A stretch of 37,929 bases of DNA, taken from NCBI GenBank assembly GCA_037969075.1, contig JBBKWS010000087.1, forward strand, positions 1-37,929. The letters run 5' to 3'. This document shows, piece after piece, positions 32,977 to 37,929 of the stretch. Position 1 is the stretch's first letter. The number at the start of each line of letters is the position of its first letter. Origin of the DNA: Bdellovibrionales bacterium. Lineage in GTDB: Bacteria > Bdellovibrionota > Bdellovibrionia > Bdellovibrionales > UBA840. A model generated the notes under the pieces. The model did not search any database and had not been told where the DNA came from. It saw only the letters and a list, made by a program, of their open reading frames with translations. The translations under genes and the position numbers were made by a program.

Positions 32977-35199
32977 TTGTACGGCAAAAACATATTACAA
33001 CAAATTGAGTTTCGAAAGCGTAAACGAGAGATTCTTTATGCGATCTGTATCGCTGTATTTTTCGTGTTATTTACTTGGGGCCAATTCAAGCTTTATGATA
33101 TCAGCAGCAGACTACCATTTCAGCACAGTATATTTTTCTTTGGTTTAGTAAATCTAAATATTGTTCTTTTACTTTTTTTACTCTTTCTTATTTTTAGAAA
33201 CGTTACAAAAATCTTCGTTGAAAGAAAAGGTAAGCTATTTGGTTCGTCTTTAAAATCAAAGCTGATTGCAGCTTTTTTAGCATTTAGTTTTGTGCCTACA
33301 TTTCTTTTATTTTTAGTTTCTGTGTTTTACATCAACTCAAGCTTTGATAAATGGTTCAATGTTAAAATAGCTAGTATCTTAAAAGACTCCATCGAGATAC
33401 CTAATTACTTCTATATTTTGTCAAAAAAGAAAAACTATCACTTTGCAGAAGAGATACTAAGAGAGGTTCGCGGCTCTGCGACTGTAAATAGAGATTTAAA
33501 ACGCTTACGAGAAAAATATAGTCTAGACGCCATTGAATACTACCCCGATCTTTTTCAAGATCGGGTATATGTGCTTTCAGATGAATCTAGTTTGTCAAAT
33601 TTACCTAGGCTGTCATTAGAGTTTTTAGAAAAAGCTATACGAGACAAAATTGAGGCAAGCACGATTCACCAAGCGGGGCAGGGGAATCTTGTACGAGTCG
33701 TAGTGCCTGTGCCAGTAGGCAGTAGGCTTGGTAGTGGTGCGCTAGTAGTCTCTAGCTTTATTCCGCTTTCGATCACTTCACGTATGGATGATATTGCAAA
33801 TGCCTATGAAGAATTTCGCGATCTAGATCCTTTAGAGTATCCGATCAAATCCATATATCTAATCATTCTTGTTATGATTACGTTAGTGATTTTGTTGGCT
33901 GCCAGTTGGTTTGGGTTTCATTTGGCTAAAGAGCTGTCTGTGCCATTGATGAAACTTGGGAATGCATCTAAAAAAATTACCAAAGGCGTATATGAGCCGG
34001 TGGAGATTAAAACGGGAAGCTCAGAAATAGAATATTTAATTGAAAACTTTAACTTTATGACTGAAGAATTATCTAGGTCTGAAAAAACCATAAAACATGC
34101 CAATAAAAGTTTAAAGGAAGCCTTAGACGTATTAGATGAACATAGTAAGTATATCGAAGTTGTTATTTCTAATATTAGTACAGGGGTTATCTCATTTGAT
34201 TTAGAGGGCAAAATTAAAACAGTAAATCAAAAAGCAAAAGATTTACTGCATTTAGAATCCAATCAATTGTTGAATCATCACTTTGAATTAGTTTTATCAG
34301 ATGAGTTTTCTAAGTCTGTGTCAGAGCTTATGAATGAATTACAGTCTACGCGCAGACGAAGTGTTAAAAAAGAAATTCAACTAAAGTCCGAAGACGACGT
34401 CTTGTTACTGCAAATGACAATGACCCCATTAAAGGATGATGAGAAAGAAACTATTGGTTTGGTATTAGTGTTTGATGATTTAACAATTCTAGTTAATGCA
34501 CAAAGAGCAGCTGCCTGGCGTGAAGTTGCCAGAAGAATTGCACATGAGATTAAAAATCCTTTAACTCCAATACAGCTCTCAGCTCAAAGGCTAAATAAGA
34601 AATTCGGTGGTCAAATATCTGACCCAGTATTTGGCGACTGTATCCAGACTATTATTAAGCAAGTGGACTCGTTAAAAAATATGGTAAATGAGTTTAGCAA
34701 TTTCGCCAGGCTCCCACAGGCAAAGCCAGTTGAAAGCTCTCTAGATCAGGTTTTAAACGAGGTAATCGTTCTTTATAGTACAGCTCATAAAGAGGTAGAG
34801 TTTATTTCGGTTTTAGATAAAGATTTACCTAACTTTTATTTTGATCCAGAGCAAGTAAAAGGTGTTGTTGTGAACTTGATAGAAAACTCTATTTTCGCTG
34901 TACAAAAAACAGTACGTAAGCAAATTAAAATTATAACAAATTATGACAAAGCGTTAAACTTAGTAAAGCTTGAAATAATTGATACAGGAGAAGGCGTTGA
35001 TGAAGAATTTATGCAGCGTCTATTTGAGCCGTATTATACCACTAAACTAGAAGGAACTGGACTTGGGCTTGCCATTGTGAAGCGTATCATTCAAGATCAT
35101 AATGGATTCATACGAGCGTTTAATGAAGAAACTGGCGGGCTACGCATGCTAATTGAGTTGCCTGTAGCTACAAAATTACATATACCACTTGAAAGCTAA
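32977..35199 (+). CDS. ntrY: NtrY-like membrane sensor histidine kinase (HAMP-PAS-HisKA-HATPase)
   Basis: Several N-terminal TMs, INSSFDKWF, AAWREVARRIAHEIKNPLTPIQLSAQRL, GTGLGLAIV. Confidence 0.88.
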   Translation: MYGKNILQQIEFRKRKREILYAICIAVFFVLFTWGQFKLYDISSRLPFQHSIFFFGLVNLNIVLLLFLLFLIFRNVTKIFVERKGKLFGSSLKSKLIAAFLAFSFVPTFLLFLVSVFYINSSFDKWFNVKIASILKDSIEIPNYFYILSKKKNYHFAEEILREVRGSATVNRDLKRLREKYSLDAIEYYPDLFQDRVYVLSDESSLSNLPRLSLEFLEKAIRDKIEASTIHQAGQGNLVRVVVPVPVGSRLGSGALVVSSFIPLSITSRMDDIANAYEEFRDLDPLEYPIKSIYLIILVMITLVILLAASWFGFHLAKELSVPLMKLGNASKKITKGVYEPVEIKTGSSEIEYLIENFNFMTEELSRSEKTIKHANKSLKEALDVLDEHSKYIEVVISNISTGVISFDLEGKIKTVNQKAKDLLHLESNQLLNHHFELVLSDEFSKSVSELMNELQSTRRRSVKKEIQLKSEDDVLLLQMTMTPLKDDEKETIGLVLVFDDLTILVNAQRAAAWREVARRIAHEIKNPLTPIQLSAQRLNKKFGGQISDPVFGDCIQTIIKQVDSLKNMVNEFSNFARLPQAKPVESSLDQVLNEVIVLYSTAHKEVEFISVLDKDLPNFYFDPEQVKGVVVNLIENSIFAVQKTVRKQIKIITNYDKALNLVKLEIIDTGEGVDEEFMQRLFEPYYTTKLEGTGLGLAIVKRIIQDHNGFIRAFNEETGGLRMLIELPVATKLHIPLES

Positions 35200-35201
35200 A
35201 T

Positions 35202-36572
35202 ATGGAAAAAAATAAAGTCGCAAAAGTTTTAATTATTGATGATGAGGCGCCCATTCGTGAAGTGCTATCTGCATCTCTACGTGATGAAGGTTACGAAGTC
35301 GATGTTGCTTCTAATGGCGAAGAAGGTCTTTTAAAATTAAGAACTTATGCCCCGCAAGTAGTACTTTTAGACATCTGGATGCCAGGTTCTATGGATGGCT
35401 TAGATGTTTTAAAAGCCACTATGGATTTAAATTTCAAAGGCGATTTTATTGTGATGTCAGGACATGGCACGATAGAGACGGCAGTTAAAGCTACAAAACT
35501 TGGCGCGTGGGATTTTGTTGAAAAGCCTCTTTCTATTGATAAAATTAATATTTTGCTAACTAATCTTTTGGCGTACCAAAATGAAAAACAACAAAAGCTG
35601 AGTATTTTAAATAAATTGCGTCAAAATTTTTCTTTAATCGGTCCATCACAAGCGACTATTAATTTGAAAGAACAAATCTCTAAAGTCTGTAATAAATCAA
35701 CCCCGGTATTGTTATGTGGTGAGATGGGAGCTGGTAAGCATTTAGTTTCTCAGCACATACACTATTTTAGTGGTAGAGCATTTTATCCGTTCATTGATGT
35801 CAATTGTGCGGCAAATTCCAGCGAGCTAGTGGATGCAGATTTATTTGGTTATAAGGCCGGACATTTTACAGGAACGACTGAAGATAAAATCGGCAAATTA
35901 GAGATATGTACAGAAGGTACAATCTTACTAAAAGAGATCGAGCTTTTAGATGTAGAGGTTCAAAATAAAATAGCCGCCTATCTGAAGGACAATAAAGTTA
36001 AGCCTTTAGGTGGTGGTCGAGAAGCCTCTAGTCAAGCAAGACTGATTTTTTCATCAACATCAACTTTAGCTGATCTTGAAAAAAAAGAGAGCTTCTCTAA
36101 AGACTTACTATCTGAACTTAAATCTTACGATATCAGTATTCCTTCTCTTCGGGAGAGGCAAGATGACATCCGAGAGCTAGTAGATCATTTTAGCCGAGTA
36201 TTTGAGAAAGAAGGGGCCTATAGTCCTAAACGATTTAGTGAGGATGCTTTTCATAAGATGGGGGAGCATAGCTGGCCAGGGAATGTAAGAGAACTAAAAA
36301 ACTTTGTAGAGAGAGTCTTTATTTTAATTCATACCGAAGAAATTTCAGCCAAAGAAATACAGTTAGCTGGCATTACAAATAGTTTTGATGAAGCAGATCG
36401 TATGTTTGATTACAATGCGACTCTAAGAGAAGCTAGATCTCAGTTTGAAAGAGATTTTATATTAAAAAAATTAGATGAAAATGACGGTAATATCTCAAAG
36501 ACCGCAGAGTTAATCGGTGTTGAAAGATCTCATCTACATAGAAAAATTAAGAGTTACGGAATAGATGCGTAG
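35202..36572 (+). CDS. ntrX: NtrX-like response regulator (REC-AAA+-Fis HTH), degenerate AAA+
   Basis: LLDIWMPG, MSGHGTIETAVKATKLGA, WPGNVREL, ERSHLHRKIK; follows the NtrY-like kinase. Confidence 0.85.
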   Translation: MEKNKVAKVLIIDDEAPIREVLSASLRDEGYEVDVASNGEEGLLKLRTYAPQVVLLDIWMPGSMDGLDVLKATMDLNFKGDFIVMSGHGTIETAVKATKLGAWDFVEKPLSIDKINILLTNLLAYQNEKQQKLSILNKLRQNFSLIGPSQATINLKEQISKVCNKSTPVLLCGEMGAGKHLVSQHIHYFSGRAFYPFIDVNCAANSSELVDADLFGYKAGHFTGTTEDKIGKLEICTEGTILLKEIELLDVEVQNKIAAYLKDNKVKPLGGGREASSQARLIFSSTSTLADLEKKESFSKDLLSELKSYDISIPSLRERQDDIRELVDHFSRVFEKEGAYSPKRFSEDAFHKMGEHSWPGNVRELKNFVERVFILIHTEEISAKEIQLAGITNSFDEADRMFDYNATLREARSQFERDFILKKLDENDGNISKTAELIGVERSHLHRKIKSYGIDA

Positions 36573-36580
36573 GTATATTT

Positions 36581-37929
36581 ATGAAATGGTCTAATTTATT
36601 TTTATTCACACAAAAAGATGCACCAGCAGATGCTGAAGTACCAAGCCACAAGTTAATGATGCGAGCTGGTATGCTTAAAAAAGTCGGCCCAGGAATTTTT
36701 ACCTACCAGTACCTTTGTCTTCGAGCGCTTAGAAAGTTTGAAAATATTGTAAGAAATGAGTTGGATTCATTAGGTAGCCAAGAAGTACTAATGCCAATGG
36801 TGCATCCTAAGGCTCTATGGGAAGAGACTGGTCGTTGGGAGCAAATGGGCGACCAGCTACTTAAGTTCAAAAATAGAAATGATCAGTGGTATTGTTTAGC
36901 GGGTACCCACGAAGAAGCTGTTACGGATTTGGTTCGCAATGATATTAAATCGTATAAACACTTGCCCCACATTATTTATCAAGTGCAAACAAAATACAGA
37001 GATGAAATTAGACCGCGATTTGGACTAATGCGTGGTCGCGAATTCATTATGAAAGACGCCTATTCTTTTGATGCTGACTCTAAGGGTGCATTGATAGCTT
37101 ATGATAAAATGTATGCAGCCTACAAAAACATATTCTCTAGGTTAAAGGTAGATTTCAGAATTGTCGAAGCAGACGCTGGAAATATTGGCGGCAGTCAAAC
37201 CCATGAGTTTCAACTGTTGGCCGAAGCCGGTGAAGATCATTTAATGGTTTGTGATTCATGTGATTTTGCGGCCAACATTGAAATAGCCCCGGTTTTAACT
37301 TCTTCTATCGAATCATACTCTGGTGGAGAAGGTAAAAAAGAATCTTTTGCCACACCTAAAATTAAAACTATTGCAAAATTAGCAGGCCTATTAAAAATAG
37401 AAGAGAAGTTTTTAGTGAAAACTCTTTTATATAAAACTGAGTCGGGTGAAAATATAGCCATATTAGTTCGTGGAAATGATGAACTTAACGATATTAAGTT
37501 AAAAAACATATTAAAGCTCACTAACCCACCTGCAATGTTAACAGTGGATGAGGTAAAAGCCTTAACAGGTGCGTACCCAGGTAGTTGTGGACCGATGGGC
37601 CTTAACTGCAAGGTGTACGTAGATCAGTCACTCAAAGAATATAAGAACTTTGTGGTTGGTGCCAATAAAGATGACGAACACATTAAAAATGTAAACTTTA
37701 GTGATTTTAAGACTGAAGGGTTCTTTGATCTTCGTAAAGCTAACGCTGGTGACCCGTGCCCAAAGTGTAAAGGTGGTAAGTACCAATCTTTTAGAGGCAT
37801 CGAGGTAGGTCACTGTTTTTATCTAGGAACAAAGTACTCTACTGCAATGAATTCTACTTTTTTAGATGCTGAGGGTAAAAATCAACCCATCGAGATGGGC
37901 TGCTATGGTATTGGCATTAGTCGTACGGT
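36581..37929 (+). CDS. proS: Proline--tRNA ligase with editing insertion, 3'-truncated by window edge (not in ORF track)
   Basis: Hand translation: MKWSNLF..SHKLMMRAG, GTHEE, KYRDEIRPRFGLMRGREFIMKDAYSF, GIEVGH, MGCYGIGISR. Confidence 0.97.
   Translation, partial: MKWSNLFLFTQKDAPADAEVPSHKLMMRAGMLKKVGPGIFTYQYLCLRALRKFENIVRNELDSLGSQEVLMPMVHPKALWEETGRWEQMGDQLLKFKNRNDQWYCLAGTHEEAVTDLVRNDIKSYKHLPHIIYQVQTKYRDEIRPRFGLMRGREFIMKDAYSFDADSKGALIAYDKMYAAYKNIFSRLKVDFRIVEADAGNIGGSQTHEFQLLAEAGEDHLMVCDSCDFAANIEIAPVLTSSIESYSGGEGKKESFATPKIKTIAKLAGLLKIEEKFLVKTLLYKTESGENIAILVRGNDELNDIKLKNILKLTNPPAMLTVDEVKALTGAYPGSCGPMGLNCKVYVDQSLKEYKNFVVGANKDDEHIKNVNFSDFKTEGFFDLRKANAGDPCPKCKGGKYQSFRGIEVGHCFYLGTKYSTAMNSTFLDAEGKNQPIEMGCYGIGISRT

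Overview
AT-rich, gene-dense bacterial chromosomal window. Gene content and order are typical of Bdellovibrionota-like predators; this is inference, as no taxonomy search was run. Left to right: a 5'-truncated gluzincin peptidase, a small beta-barrel and a DxDxDG-repeat protein; a SPOR protein; a sigma54-promoted flagellar operon (fliL-M-N-O-P-Q-R, flhB-A-F-G, fliA); an MFS exporter; rpoH; hisS-aspS; a sigma28/CsrA-signature hypothetical gene; an M14 amidohydrolase; a split, incomplete Tad/Flp pilus locus; a secreted EEP nuclease; ribE-ribB-ribH; an NtrY/NtrX-like pair with a degenerate AAA+ domain; and a 3'-truncated proS. The Tad locus (short CpaF, CpaC secretin, CpaB-like protein, four prepilin-like genes, one missed by the ORF track) is interrupted by a REC-histidine kinase and a large secreted Cys-rich / Gly-aromatic / poly-Gln protein. 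Most notable are this Tad module with its low-complexity protein, the unannotated 48-aa pilin, and promoter motifs placed repeatedly right at start codons (leaderless mRNAs). No rRNA, tRNA, CRISPR array or mobile element was recognised.
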